From: a virus
Taxonomy: Duplodnaviria > Heunggongvirae > Uroviricota > Caudoviricetes
Strand: one strand, 5' to 3'
DNA length: 64,000 nucleotides
IMG/VR virus record: IMGVR_UViG_3300043395_001986
Span: 32,001-96,000 of that record
Made by a program: the position numbers and the translations under genes. The first letter of the stretch is position 1; the number at the start of each line of letters is the position of its first letter. Below are positions 9,851 to 19,853 of the stretch, piece after piece. The notes beneath the pieces are model-generated. The model was not told where the DNA came from and searched no databases. It saw only the letters and a list, made by a program, of their open reading frames with translations.

Positions 9851-12800
9851 ATGCCAACATATCAAGACATATTAAATTCAATAAAATTAACCAACAACCC
9901 ACAGGGTTCATTGGATGCTTTTAATAAACAATTTGGAACTAATTTGTCTCTAACAGATTTTAATAATCCAACATTAATTAATACATATTTTTCTAGTTCA
10001 GATACATTGGCAAATCCTGACTTATTAAAAACAATACAAACAACAAATACCCAAGTTGAAAAAAAGATAGTAATTAGAAGATTTTCTAAAGATGATACTT
10101 TATTAGAATCAACTACCCATAATATTGGTGATACTATAACTTTATCTTTTAATAAATTAGCAGACCCCCCTCCTATACCTGTAAGAAAGGATATAACAAT
10201 AACATTTAATTCTACATTAGATTATAAAAAAATACCAAACTCTATTGTAAAATTAAATTCAAAAAATATAGATGGAGATTATCAACAAGTAAAATTAGAA
10301 AAAGAAAAAACTGTCAAATTAAGCACATTTGCTAATTCTTTTGAAAATATAAAAATAGAAGTTGATGGTCTTGGCGATTATATTGTAAATTCTATAAAGT
10401 ATCAAAAGGTCGATAGATATGATTTAAACAATTATACAGAATCCGAATTTAATATTATAAAATCAAATTCTTTAGAACTAACCCCCAACAGTCTTTCAGA
10501 AGATTATATAGTAACATTTGATATAATTTATAATCCAGAATTATTACCTAAAATAGTATTAGATTCTCCAACAATTTCAGTTGATGTTGACGAAACATAT
10601 TTGAATAGTGGAGTTGGTGAAGATTTTTTAGCTATATTTTCTACAAAATACGCAGAAAGTTTTAAAGTAGAAACTCCAAATGGAACAAATGAATACTTGG
10701 TTAATGAAGTAACAACTACATTAAAACAACAAATTTTACAATTAAACTCACTATCCGATTTTCAAAACAAATTCGGTACAGCAAATATAATATTAACTCC
10801 ATATTCGGAAAAAGCAGGTTATGGTGCACCGGTAACATTATTAGTTACTATTGGTAAAGAATACGAATACCCTAGATTAAAACAAATTGAGTATGAAGAT
10901 TATATTTACATACCTTCTTATTCCAATAGAGATGTAAATACAACAATAACATATGAATATGTTTTAACTGATTATGTTTATGTTTATGTTTCAAACGAAG
11001 ATGATAATGGATTGGTCTATAAAGGTGGTTCAAAAGGGTCTGTAACACTTAATTATAAAGAGTTATATCAAAATGGTAAATTAAAATTCAATTCTCCAGG
11101 TAAAGCAGAAATTATAATCGTACCATACAACGTAAGAGATAGTAGAGTTATAAAAGGAGATAGAGAAAAATTTACAATAACATTTGATGAAGCAGAATAT
11201 ACAATATCAAAAGAATCATTAAAAAATGATTTATTTGCTGCCATTGCAAAAGAATTAACATTAGATTATTCAGATGACCCTAGATATTTAAATCATATTG
11301 TAGAAATAGGTGATGATAAACAATTATTAATTGCCAATTGGGATGTAGACCCTTCAAAATTCACAAATTTTAAAATAGATGAATTAGGAAATACAATACC
11401 TGATGGTGAAATTAATAATTCAATTGTAATAAGATTATATGAAGAATTGGATGGACAAATAGAAGTTCACACACCTGTATGGATTTCTAAATTAATGTCT
11501 TTGCCAATCATAACAGATGTTGTGGTTACTGGATACCAATCAATGCAGTGCCCTCCTTTACGAGCACCAAATTTTACAGCAGATGTTGATTTTGTAAAAT
11601 CAAATAGTTTAGGGTATGAGTCGTATGATGAAATAATTTTAAGTGGGTCTCAAACATCTGAACAAATAGTTCAAAAATATTTATCAAATAACAATGTAGA
11701 TGCTTCTAAAATAAATGTAGATTATAAGAGTGGTTCATTATATCTTTGGGATAATTTTGTAAAATATAGTTCGGCAAAAGAAAGAATAATTAATTTTAGA
11801 TATAAACAGGAACTAACCGAATACTACTCACATAGTGTATTTGTTTTAGATAATCATCCGAGTTCATCTCTTTTAGAATATAAATTAGAAAGAGAAACAA
11901 ATCAAAAAAAGAAAGATAATTTAGTTTCTGGATATGATGGATTTGAAAGATTTTTGACAACAGAATTATCATCTAGTGTTAGTGGTGGTAAATTTGTATC
12001 AAATTGGAGTAGTAGTGGGAGTATTTTATCATACAACCCAACCGCAACAAATTGGTATGATTTATTAGTTAATGATGCATATTTGTTTGATAAAGAAAAT
12101 AGAAACTCATTAAAAAATAATTTACCACAATATATTCAAGAAGATTCTAATTACGAAGAATTCTTATTATTCTGTGATATGATAGGTCAACATTTTGATA
12201 CAATTCATTTGTATATCAAAAATATGACACAAATAAGAAACATAAGTGAAAGATATGGTGATGGTGTACATGATGATTATTTATATGTTTACTTAAAACA
12301 ATTCGGATGGGATACTAAAAATTTAGGAAACACAAATGAATTGTGGAAATATTTCTTTGGTATAGATAAAGATGGTAATAATCCAGGAAGAACACTCGAA
12401 AATGGAGAATCATTATCGGATGGAAACGGATTTTTAAGTGGAGAAAAAGCTACTAAAAGAGTCTGGAGAAGAATTGCAAATAATATACCTTATCTATTAA
12501 AACACAAAGGTTCTAGTAGAGGTATTAAAGCATTATTAAGTTGTTATGGTGTTCCTGAATCACAATTATCTATTGTAGAATTCGGTGGACCAAATGACAT
12601 ATCAACAGAAACAACAAAATTTACATATGAAAATGTAACAGCTGCTTTGAAATTTGATACAAATACACATTTTTCAATGAGTTGGAATGGTGATGTAAAA
12701 GCAATTGAAACAAGATTTAGATTAAATGAGTTTGATGAATATGATATAATAAATGGTAATACATTTACAATAAGTTTATTAAATAGTAGTTCATTCTCAA

Positions 12801-14656
12801 CATCATCTGCTCAATATGAAAAATGGGGATGTTTGGTATTTAGTGGAAGCGGTGTTTCAGTAACATCATCACAATATCCTATATATGATGGGAAATGGCA
12901 TACATTATTAGTTCAAAACAATAATAATACAACAGAACTATATTTAGAGCATTCGGATAATGAATTTATAACACAAACCGCATCACTTAATTTTACATAT
13001 CCAACTTCGGATTGGAATAGTGGAACTTCAATTGAATTAGGATATTTTAATGGTGAATTGGATGAGGTTAAAATATGGGATGAACCATTATCTCATTCTG
13101 TATTTGAATCACATGTAATCGGACCAGAAATGATAAATGGTAACAATTACAATTCATCTACTGAAAATTTATTATTAAGACTTGATTTTGAAAGACCTCA
13201 AAATTTTAATAATGATATAACAATCAATAACATTGCACCAATAGATGTATTTCAAGATTATGTAACAATATTTGGAGCAACGCCGGTTTCATCATATCCA
13301 TATAATTTTAGTGTATATGATAGGAAACTTGTTATAGAAATACCAAATTCTGGAGCAAGTAGATTTGTAAATAATAAAGTTAGATTTGAAGAACAAACAT
13401 TAATAAATGACCTTTCTCCTTTAAAAAGAGCAACTGCTAAACAATACGACCAAGCAGCAGCCGATTCAAATAAATTAGGAATATTCTTTTCACCAAATAA
13501 AGATTTGGATTTAAGTATAGCACAATCGTTTGGTGGGATTCAATTTGATGATTATATAGGAGACCCATCAGATGATAATGAGTATGAATATAAAACATTA
13601 AAATCAATAAGAAACTATTGGTTCAAACGTATTGATTTAAATAAACGCAACATATACGATTACATAAGATTAATACGTTCATATGATAAATCATTATTTG
13701 AAAATATAAAACAAATGTTACCAGCGAGAGTAGCAACCAATATAGGATTGTTGATTGCTCCGCATATGCTAGAACGTTCAAAAGTTGATATAAATACAAA
13801 ACCACAAATAGAAAATTTATATTATAGTGGTACATATGAATACCATAATGATTATAATGTAACAATGGATGCTGATTTGTATAAGGAAGCATTGATTGGT
13901 GCTAAACAATTATTACCAACCTTCAACGCATCAGATGAAACAATAAGTGGTACTATTAATTTAGAAATAAATAAAAGTTTAGAAACTTATATTTCAAGCC
14001 TAGAAGGGACGATAACGGAAACCCAAAAAATAGATACATTTTATGCATCAAATGAATATTACACAGCAAGTATAGATGCCGGATTAAGGCAACCAACATT
14101 GTTGGGTTCTATTGGTTATCAAGATGCACAAAAAATAGTTGGAGTTGGAAGTAATTTTATAGATTATGGATTTGGAAACTATTTTACAAATGGATATTTT
14201 GATTACAAATATTATGAAAATGGAAAACTTAATCATAAAAGATATAAAGGTTCGTTAGTAACAACAACATCAAAAACATTTACAGGATTATACACCGGTT
14301 CGGAAGGTAAAACAACATTTAAGTATGGTGGTGCAAAACCTATATTTATATCTGGTTCGGTTACTGAATTGATATTACAAGAAAGTGGCTCTAATTCATT
14401 AAATGTTGGTGATGAATTTAACAAACAGATAATATCTAATGTTAAAACAATCAATGGATATTTACCAACGCATTATAAAAATGTTGGTGACTTAACAACC
14501 GGTTTAAAAAATAGTTATTATAAAGGTTCAAAACAAACAAGTAATACAACTATTGATGGAAAATCACCGGTTGAAATATTCATATCTAATCCGACTGTAT
14601 TAAGAGTTAATAAGCAAGGTAGAGTTAGTGGTGAACCAATTTTAGAAGTTGATTAA
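9851..14656 (+). CDS. Large baseplate wedge protein (gp7-like) with LamG/ConA-like domain
   Basis: LPQYI..F..MIGQHFD and YLLKHKGSSRGIKALL baseplate-type motifs; YDGKWH..FNGELDEVKIWD LamG motif. Confidence 0.65.
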   Translation: MPTYQDILNSIKLTNNPQGSLDAFNKQFGTNLSLTDFNNPTLINTYFSSSDTLANPDLLKTIQTTNTQVEKKIVIRRFSKDDTLLESTTHNIGDTITLSFNKLADPPPIPVRKDITITFNSTLDYKKIPNSIVKLNSKNIDGDYQQVKLEKEKTVKLSTFANSFENIKIEVDGLGDYIVNSIKYQKVDRYDLNNYTESEFNIIKSNSLELTPNSLSEDYIVTFDIIYNPELLPKIVLDSPTISVDVDETYLNSGVGEDFLAIFSTKYAESFKVETPNGTNEYLVNEVTTTLKQQILQLNSLSDFQNKFGTANIILTPYSEKAGYGAPVTLLVTIGKEYEYPRLKQIEYEDYIYIPSYSNRDVNTTITYEYVLTDYVYVYVSNEDDNGLVYKGGSKGSVTLNYKELYQNGKLKFNSPGKAEIIIVPYNVRDSRVIKGDREKFTITFDEAEYTISKESLKNDLFAAIAKELTLDYSDDPRYLNHIVEIGDDKQLLIANWDVDPSKFTNFKIDELGNTIPDGEINNSIVIRLYEELDGQIEVHTPVWISKLMSLPIITDVVVTGYQSMQCPPLRAPNFTADVDFVKSNSLGYESYDEIILSGSQTSEQIVQKYLSNNNVDASKINVDYKSGSLYLWDNFVKYSSAKERIINFRYKQELTEYYSHSVFVLDNHPSSSLLEYKLERETNQKKKDNLVSGYDGFERFLTTELSSSVSGGKFVSNWSSSGSILSYNPTATNWYDLLVNDAYLFDKENRNSLKNNLPQYIQEDSNYEEFLLFCDMIGQHFDTIHLYIKNMTQIRNISERYGDGVHDDYLYVYLKQFGWDTKNLGNTNELWKYFFGIDKDGNNPGRTLENGESLSDGNGFLSGEKATKRVWRRIANNIPYLLKHKGSSRGIKALLSCYGVPESQLSIVEFGGPNDISTETTKFTYENVTAALKFDTNTHFSMSWNGDVKAIETRFRLNEFDEYDIINGNTFTISLLNSSSFSTSSAQYEKWGCLVFSGSGVSVTSSQYPIYDGKWHTLLVQNNNNTTELYLEHSDNEFITQTASLNFTYPTSDWNSGTSIELGYFNGELDEVKIWDEPLSHSVFESHVIGPEMINGNNYNSSTENLLLRLDFERPQNFNNDITINNIAPIDVFQDYVTIFGATPVSSYPYNFSVYDRKLVIEIPNSGASRFVNNKVRFEEQTLINDLSPLKRATAKQYDQAAADSNKLGIFFSPNKDLDLSIAQSFGGIQFDDYIGDPSDDNEYEYKTLKSIRNYWFKRIDLNKRNIYDYIRLIRSYDKSLFENIKQMLPARVATNIGLLIAPHMLERSKVDINTKPQIENLYYSGTYEYHNDYNVTMDADLYKEALIGAKQLLPTFNASDETISGTINLEINKSLETYISSLEGTITETQKIDTFYASNEYYTASIDAGLRQPTLLGSIGYQDAQKIVGVGSNFIDYGFGNYFTNGYFDYKYYENGKLNHKRYKGSLVTTTSKTFTGLYTGSEGKTTFKYGGAKPIFISGSVTELILQESGSNSLNVGDEFNKQIISNVKTINGYLPTHYKNVGDLTTGLKNSYYKGSKQTSNTTIDGKSPVEIFISNPTVLRVNKQGRVSGEPILEVD

Positions 14657-14678
14657 TAAAATAAAAATATTTTTTGAA

Positions 14679-14692
14679 TACTTATATTTATA
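14679..14692 (+). promoter_or_regulatory. Putative phage late promoter(s) TACTTATA/TATTTATA, overlapping
   Basis: Intergenic, 21 nt before ATG 14714. Confidence 0.55.
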
Positions 14693-14713
14693 ATTTAGAA
14701 ATATATACACAAT

Positions 14714-15334
14714 ATGGCATATTTAGATAACACATCATTGACAGTAGATGCAATTCTTACTAAAAAAGGTAGAGAAAAATTAGCAGCAGGACAACCATTA
14801 GGTATTACTCAATTCGCATTGGGTGATGATGAAATTGATTATTCATTATACGAACCAGCACACCCATTGGGGTCTGCGTATTATGATTCTGCAATATTAG
14901 CAACTCCAGTATTAGAAGCATCTCCAGATGAAACACAAGTTTTAAAATACAAATTAGTTACATTACCAAAAGGTAGTACAAAGATACCTGTGGTATCATT
15001 AAATGTAACAGCAATTACAGGAAATACAAATTCTGGTAATTTCCCAATAAACCCATCAACATCTCCAGCCGGAAATAGAACAGCTGGTTACACTGCTATT
15101 TTATCAAATAAAAATGCAGGTTCGTTAATAGGTGAGGGTATTACTGGTAATGTAGGAACTATTTCAACATTCTTGGGTGATAGTACAACTGCAACTGCGG
15201 AAGTAGCGAAAGGATTAACATTTACATTCATACCTAACCTATCATTAACATCAACTATTAGAACTACAATTACAATATATGGTAATGAAACAGGAGGTTC
15301 GGTAACTATTCCAGTAACAATATCAAAAGTTTAA
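14714..15334 (+). CDS. Baseplate/tail-fibre attachment protein
   Basis: ILTKKGREKLA..ITQFALGD resembles the N-terminal half of tail-collar/fibre attachment domains. Confidence 0.55.
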   Translation: MAYLDNTSLTVDAILTKKGREKLAAGQPLGITQFALGDDEIDYSLYEPAHPLGSAYYDSAILATPVLEASPDETQVLKYKLVTLPKGSTKIPVVSLNVTAITGNTNSGNFPINPSTSPAGNRTAGYTAILSNKNAGSLIGEGITGNVGTISTFLGDSTTATAEVAKGLTFTFIPNLSLTSTIRTTITIYGNETGGSVTIPVTISKV

Positions 15335-15343
15335 TAAAAATAT

Positions 15344-16561
15344 ATGGCACAATTAGGACAAAATACGGGTACCCAACTTACAACTGATTTATCAGCGTAC
15401 CTTTTGCAACAAAAAACAAATGCAAACGGAGCAGTAGATACAACAGAGTTGGCAAGTATTATCAATAGATACTTAACAACAGGTGAACAATTAATAAGTG
15501 AGACAGTTGCCTTAACAAATCAAATTTATAAAAGATTTAATACATCTGATATTGTAACTGCAAAAACTGAAATAGTAACAACTGGATTATGGAGTAATGG
15601 AAGTGGTAGTTTAGTATCATTTTATACAGGCTCGGATTCAGATATTGCAGGACATAGTGGCTCAGCAGCATCTAAATTTTATTTTAATGTATATGGAAGT
15701 ACAAATACCGGTTCAGCAGATGTAGAATTTGCTATTGCATATGGACATTTTAATGGTAGTGGTTCTCCTGATTTAGCAGATGATGACCAATCTAAACAAG
15801 AATCAAAAGTAACATATTCTCAATATAGATTAGCACTATTAGGAACTGCAGATGCCAAATTCAGCGTTTACAGCGGTTCTACTGCAGGTGGATGGGATAC
15901 TAATGATATCTATGTAATAAACATTGCTCGTTCAAATTATAGAGAAAAATTGGATGCTGGTAATTTACAATTAACATTATCTGGTTCTAATGGAATTTAT
16001 AAATTTATTGATGATAGCGGAATGGCAGATGCAGATACAGCAAATGGCCAAAGAGTATTCAATATTATTAGTGGTTCTATAAATTTAGGAAGTGGAGTTG
16101 GCTCAACAGAATTAACACCAACTGCATCTAATCAACAAGGATTTGGATTATTCTATCCAGATGCAGGTATTATAGTATTAAACCCAGCAGCGTTATCTTC
16201 AATGGTAGGTAGTGAATTATCACCATCAGATAGTGGTGTTTCTGAATATAATCACAAAAAATTATTAAAAGCTATTCAAGGCGGAGGTGATTTCCAGGCA
16301 AGAAGAACTGAAAATGTTTCTACATCTCATTATTTTGTAAGAGTTCAAAATAGAGAATTTAATTTCTCAAATAACCCTACATTTGCAGATTCAACTGGTT
16401 CTTTCTCTCAAGATACATTCAAAACAGACCCTAAAGTTTATATTACAACAATAGGATTATATAACGATTCAAACGAACTTTTAGCAGTAGCTAAAACATC
16501 ACAACCAATCAGAAAAACTTTTGATTCAGAAGCTCTGATTAAAGTTAAATTAGATTTCTAA
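15344..16561 (+). CDS. Baseplate/tail structural protein
   Basis: C-terminal EFNFSNNPTF..YITTIGLYND.NELLAVAK; very rich in SGS/TGS. Confidence 0.6.
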   Translation: MAQLGQNTGTQLTTDLSAYLLQQKTNANGAVDTTELASIINRYLTTGEQLISETVALTNQIYKRFNTSDIVTAKTEIVTTGLWSNGSGSLVSFYTGSDSDIAGHSGSAASKFYFNVYGSTNTGSADVEFAIAYGHFNGSGSPDLADDDQSKQESKVTYSQYRLALLGTADAKFSVYSGSTAGGWDTNDIYVINIARSNYREKLDAGNLQLTLSGSNGIYKFIDDSGMADADTANGQRVFNIISGSINLGSGVGSTELTPTASNQQGFGLFYPDAGIIVLNPAALSSMVGSELSPSDSGVSEYNHKKLLKAIQGGGDFQARRTENVSTSHYFVRVQNREFNFSNNPTFADSTGSFSQDTFKTDPKVYITTIGLYNDSNELLAVAKTSQPIRKTFDSEALIKVKLDF

Positions 16562-16581
16562 AAATCGTATTGGTATGTGAT

Positions 16582-16610
16582 AAACCCAACCCCGTAAGGT
16601 TGGGTTTTTT
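16582..16610 (+). terminator. Rho-independent terminator
   Basis: Stem AAACCCAACC / GGTTGGGTTT, loop CCGTAA, ends in T tract, 20 nt after a stop codon. Confidence 0.85.
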
Positions 16611-16631
16611 ATTTCAATATATTTATTTTAT

Positions 16632-18086
16632 ATGATAAAAACTATTCCACAAAGCGATATTAGAATTAGGCCGTTTAAAGTATATAAACGATTTCAACTA
16701 ACACAAGATAATTTAAGCACCGGTTCTTTATCTGGACATCAAAAATTAATTGCAAAGAAAAATGAAGTTGTTGGGGATTTACTAACACCTTCTGCTTCGT
16801 TATGGGCATCAATACATAGAATGTATTACGATGATATTTACAATCCAATAACAACTTTTGGTACTATATCAAAAAATGTAAATAATTCACCATTATTACA
16901 ATTTAGAAAATTAGAAGATAATGCAATTGTATTTACAATACCTCAAGTAAAATTTGGAGAAAAAATAAAACCAGGTTCTTTTACAATTTATGATTCGGAT
17001 AGAAATAATACATTTACGGATAGTTACAACGCCGATGGTGTTTTGTATAGTGATATAGTAGATACAACATGGTCATTATTTAATGCAGAAACTAATAAAT
17101 TCATATTTGTAGATGCTGCATTGGTTGAATATGAATTAGAATTAATTAGTTTTAATGCAGATACCGGCCTTTTAGATTTAAAATATAATGGTAATCCAGG
17201 TACATTGAAAATAAAATATTTAAATACAAACACAGGTGGTATTGTTATATTTGATGTTACACAATATACATTTGATTTTATTACAGGATTTCAAATTGCA
17301 CCAGCAGGTAATATTTTTTATGAGCATGGTATAGCAGTAGTTACTCAATTAGAAGATGTTAATACGGATTTCTTAAATTATCAAATTGATTATAAATCAA
17401 CAAAAACAATTTATGAAAATGAATATTTTATAAGCGTTGATTCGGATGAATTTAATTATTCCACAAATCCAACAGCTTATTATGAGGTAGGTGCTATAAC
17501 TGATTCATTTATTACTGGAGATAAAATAAAATATAGAATTAATGCAGGCTCTACTGCCGGTGGTTTTGTTAACTATTTGGATGATAAAGGAAGTGAACAG
17601 ACTATTTTTATTGAACCAAATAATGTATATACAATTAGAGTATCCAAATTTTATGATTATGAACCAATAAATTGGTCATTCGAAGAAATACCAGATGGTG
17701 GTTCAAATGTATTATATAAAATTCCTGGCGAACAGCGCATGATTCAAAAAGGAACATTACCGGATGGAACGGAATACGATTACAGAAGACCTTTTTCTAG
17801 AACATTTAATTCAGGTTCCAAATACATGGGTATTAATTTAACTGGCTCATTAGAAGTTAGTGGTAAATATGGATATGGTCAATGTGAAATAACAAAATCA
17901 TTTGATGGTGGTAATAGATTTGAATATACATCATCTATTGAAATTGAAAACTCTTTAACACCTTATGTAACAACAATTGGTTTATATGATGAAAACTATG
18001 ATATGATTGCTGTTGCTAAATTACCAACACCAATAAAAGTATATCCAGATTATCCTGTAAACTTTTTAGTAAGAATTGACACTTAA
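16632..18086 (+). CDS. Baseplate/tail structural protein, paralogue of 15344..16561
   Basis: Shared GNIFYEHGI/GLFYPDAGI, EFNYSTNPT and YVTTIGLYD..IAVAK motifs. Confidence 0.6.
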   Translation: MIKTIPQSDIRIRPFKVYKRFQLTQDNLSTGSLSGHQKLIAKKNEVVGDLLTPSASLWASIHRMYYDDIYNPITTFGTISKNVNNSPLLQFRKLEDNAIVFTIPQVKFGEKIKPGSFTIYDSDRNNTFTDSYNADGVLYSDIVDTTWSLFNAETNKFIFVDAALVEYELELISFNADTGLLDLKYNGNPGTLKIKYLNTNTGGIVIFDVTQYTFDFITGFQIAPAGNIFYEHGIAVVTQLEDVNTDFLNYQIDYKSTKTIYENEYFISVDSDEFNYSTNPTAYYEVGAITDSFITGDKIKYRINAGSTAGGFVNYLDDKGSEQTIFIEPNNVYTIRVSKFYDYEPINWSFEEIPDGGSNVLYKIPGEQRMIQKGTLPDGTEYDYRRPFSRTFNSGSKYMGINLTGSLEVSGKYGYGQCEITKSFDGGNRFEYTSSIEIENSLTPYVTTIGLYDENYDMIAVAKLPTPIKVYPDYPVNFLVRIDT

Positions 18087-18090
18087 CATA

Positions 18091-18098
18091 TATTTATA
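18091..18098 (+). promoter_or_regulatory. Putative phage late promoter TATTTATA
   Basis: Intergenic, before ATG 18114. Confidence 0.55.
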
Positions 18099-18113
18099 TA
18101 AAATAAACGAATT

Positions 18114-18365
18114 ATGGCAATTAGTTGGAAAGGAAATATAGCAGATACATACGAAAGTAATAAATTCAACGAAAAAGATGCAAACAAACAAACATCAGAT
18201 GTAATTAAACCAAAAATTGATGGTAAAATTGCAGTTGAAGGATTTACTCAATTTCAAACAAAAGATAAATCTGGATTTAATTTAGATGATAAAATTTTAG
18301 ATTTAGTTAAAGGCCCAGGCCAAAACAAATACTCTGCTAATAAGAGATACGAAGGCGGTAAATAA
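18114..18365 (+). CDS. Hypothetical protein
   Basis: 83-aa ORF after a TATTTATA motif. Confidence 0.5.
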   Translation: MAISWKGNIADTYESNKFNEKDANKQTSDVIKPKIDGKIAVEGFTQFQTKDKSGFNLDDKILDLVKGPGQNKYSANKRYEGGK

Positions 18366-18370
18366 TTTTA

Positions 18371-18784
18371 ATGGCTAAAAAAGTTACAAAAAAGAACAAC
18401 TCTAAATGGGTTGCAAAAAAGCATGGATTTAAGTCAGGTCTTGAAGAATGTATATCTCAACAAATCGAAGGTAGAGGAATTAAGGTTGAATATGAGACCG
18501 AAGAGGTATCTTATATTATACCTGCTTCTGAACATAATTACCATCCTGATTTTAAGTTACCAAATGGTATTAGGGTAGAAACAAAAGGTAGATTTGTTTT
18601 AGCAGATAGAAAGAAACATCTTTTAGTGAAACAACAACATCCCGAATTGGATATTAGATTTGTTTTCACAAATTCCAAAAATAAAATAAATAAAAAATCC
18701 AAAACTACTTACGCAGATTGGTGTGATAAGAACGGATTTAAGTATGCTGATAAGGTAATACCAGATGAATGGTTTGGTGAATAA
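18371..18784 (+). CDS. Holliday-junction resolvase, T7 endonuclease I family
   Basis: FKSGLE, YHPDF, VETKG, DRKKH, PELDIRFVF, KTTYADWC match T7 gp3 motifs. Confidence 0.92.
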   Translation: MAKKVTKKNNSKWVAKKHGFKSGLEECISQQIEGRGIKVEYETEEVSYIIPASEHNYHPDFKLPNGIRVETKGRFVLADRKKHLLVKQQHPELDIRFVFTNSKNKINKKSKTTYADWCDKNGFKYADKVIPDEWFGE

Positions 18785-18786
18785 TT

Positions 18787-18818
18787 TTTGGTAATTTCAC
18801 GATTTTGTTGTATATTTG
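18787..18818 (+). promoter_or_regulatory. Bacteroidota housekeeping-sigma promoter for primase
   Basis: TTTG (18787-90), 20-nt spacer, TATATTTG (18811-18); fits the -33 TTTG / -7 TAnnTTTG consensus. Confidence 0.75.
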
Positions 18819-18824
18819 TTATCT

Positions 18825-19844
18825 ATGACTAAATCTATAAATTTAGAACTCGCAAAAGGTATTATTACAAACTATTTAGGTAGTTCACACACATTAAAAG
18901 GAGGTGAAGAAGCATATCATTGCCCATTTTGTAATCATCACAAACCAAAATTACAGGTAAATTTTAGTTCTCAAAAATGGCATTGTTGGGTATGTAATAG
19001 TGGTGGTAGAAGTATTTTATCACTTGCTAAAAAATTAGATATATCCAAAAAAGAATTAGAAGAAATTGGTGGAATATATTTTGAAGAAGCTAAAAAGAAA
19101 TTTAGAAAAAACGGAGTAATAACAGAAGAAACATTTGGAGATACATTAAAAGCATTGTGGGAAGGATTAGAGGAAGAATTGGATAAAGAAACTCAAATTA
19201 ATTTTAGACTACCAGAAGGATTTAAATCTGCGTTAGAACTAACACATAGTCAAGAAAACCCAATAGAAGGGCATGCAATACAATATCTGAAAGAAAGGGG
19301 TATTGACAAAAAAACAATAATAAAATATAATATAGGATTTTGTGCAGATGGACCATATCAAGGAAGAATAATAATTCCATCATATGATACAAATGGTATG
19401 CTTAATTATTTTGTAGGAAGGTCAATATTTGCAGATTCTACAATGAAATATAAAAATCCACCAATATCAAAAGATGTTTTGGCATTAGATTCAACAATAG
19501 ACTGGAGTGAACCAATCATACTCTGTGAAGGTATGTTTGATGCAATTGCTATAAAGAGACAGGCGATACCACTTTTGGGCAAGTTCATACCCACCAAATT
19601 ATTCAATAAAATACTGGACAATTCATCAGAAATATACATAGCATTAGATAATGATGCAAAAGAAGATGCTATAAAATTAGTAGAAAAATTAGAAAAATAC
19701 GATAAGTCAGTGAAAATCATTGAGTTAGATGATAAAGACCCATCGGAAATAGGGTATCAAAATTTTTGGAAATATCAGAAAAATTCCGTAACTTTGAGTT
19801 GGGATAAAAAGCTTAAAGAGAAGTTAAATTCTCTTTTTAATTAA
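18825..19844 (+). CDS. DNA primase (Zn finger + TOPRIM); ATG at 18825 preferred over TTG at 18816
   Basis: CPFC..HCWVC Zn finger, YLKERG, RIIIP, KYKN, CEGMFDA, ALDND; TTG at 18816 lies inside the promoter -7 box. Confidence 0.9.
   Translation: MTKSINLELAKGIITNYLGSSHTLKGGEEAYHCPFCNHHKPKLQVNFSSQKWHCWVCNSGGRSILSLAKKLDISKKELEEIGGIYFEEAKKKFRKNGVITEETFGDTLKALWEGLEEELDKETQINFRLPEGFKSALELTHSQENPIEGHAIQYLKERGIDKKTIIKYNIGFCADGPYQGRIIIPSYDTNGMLNYFVGRSIFADSTMKYKNPPISKDVLALDSTIDWSEPIILCEGMFDAIAIKRQAIPLLGKFIPTKLFNKILDNSSEIYIALDNDAKEDAIKLVEKLEKYDKSVKIIELDDKDPSEIGYQNFWKYQKNSVTLSWDKKLKEKLNSLFN
19765..19796 (+). promoter_or_regulatory. Bacteroidota housekeeping-sigma promoter for Mre11-Rad50 gene, inside primase 3' end
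   Basis: TTTG (19765-68), 20-nt spacer, TAACTTTG (19789-96). Confidence 0.65.
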
Positions 19845-19853
19845 AATGTATAT

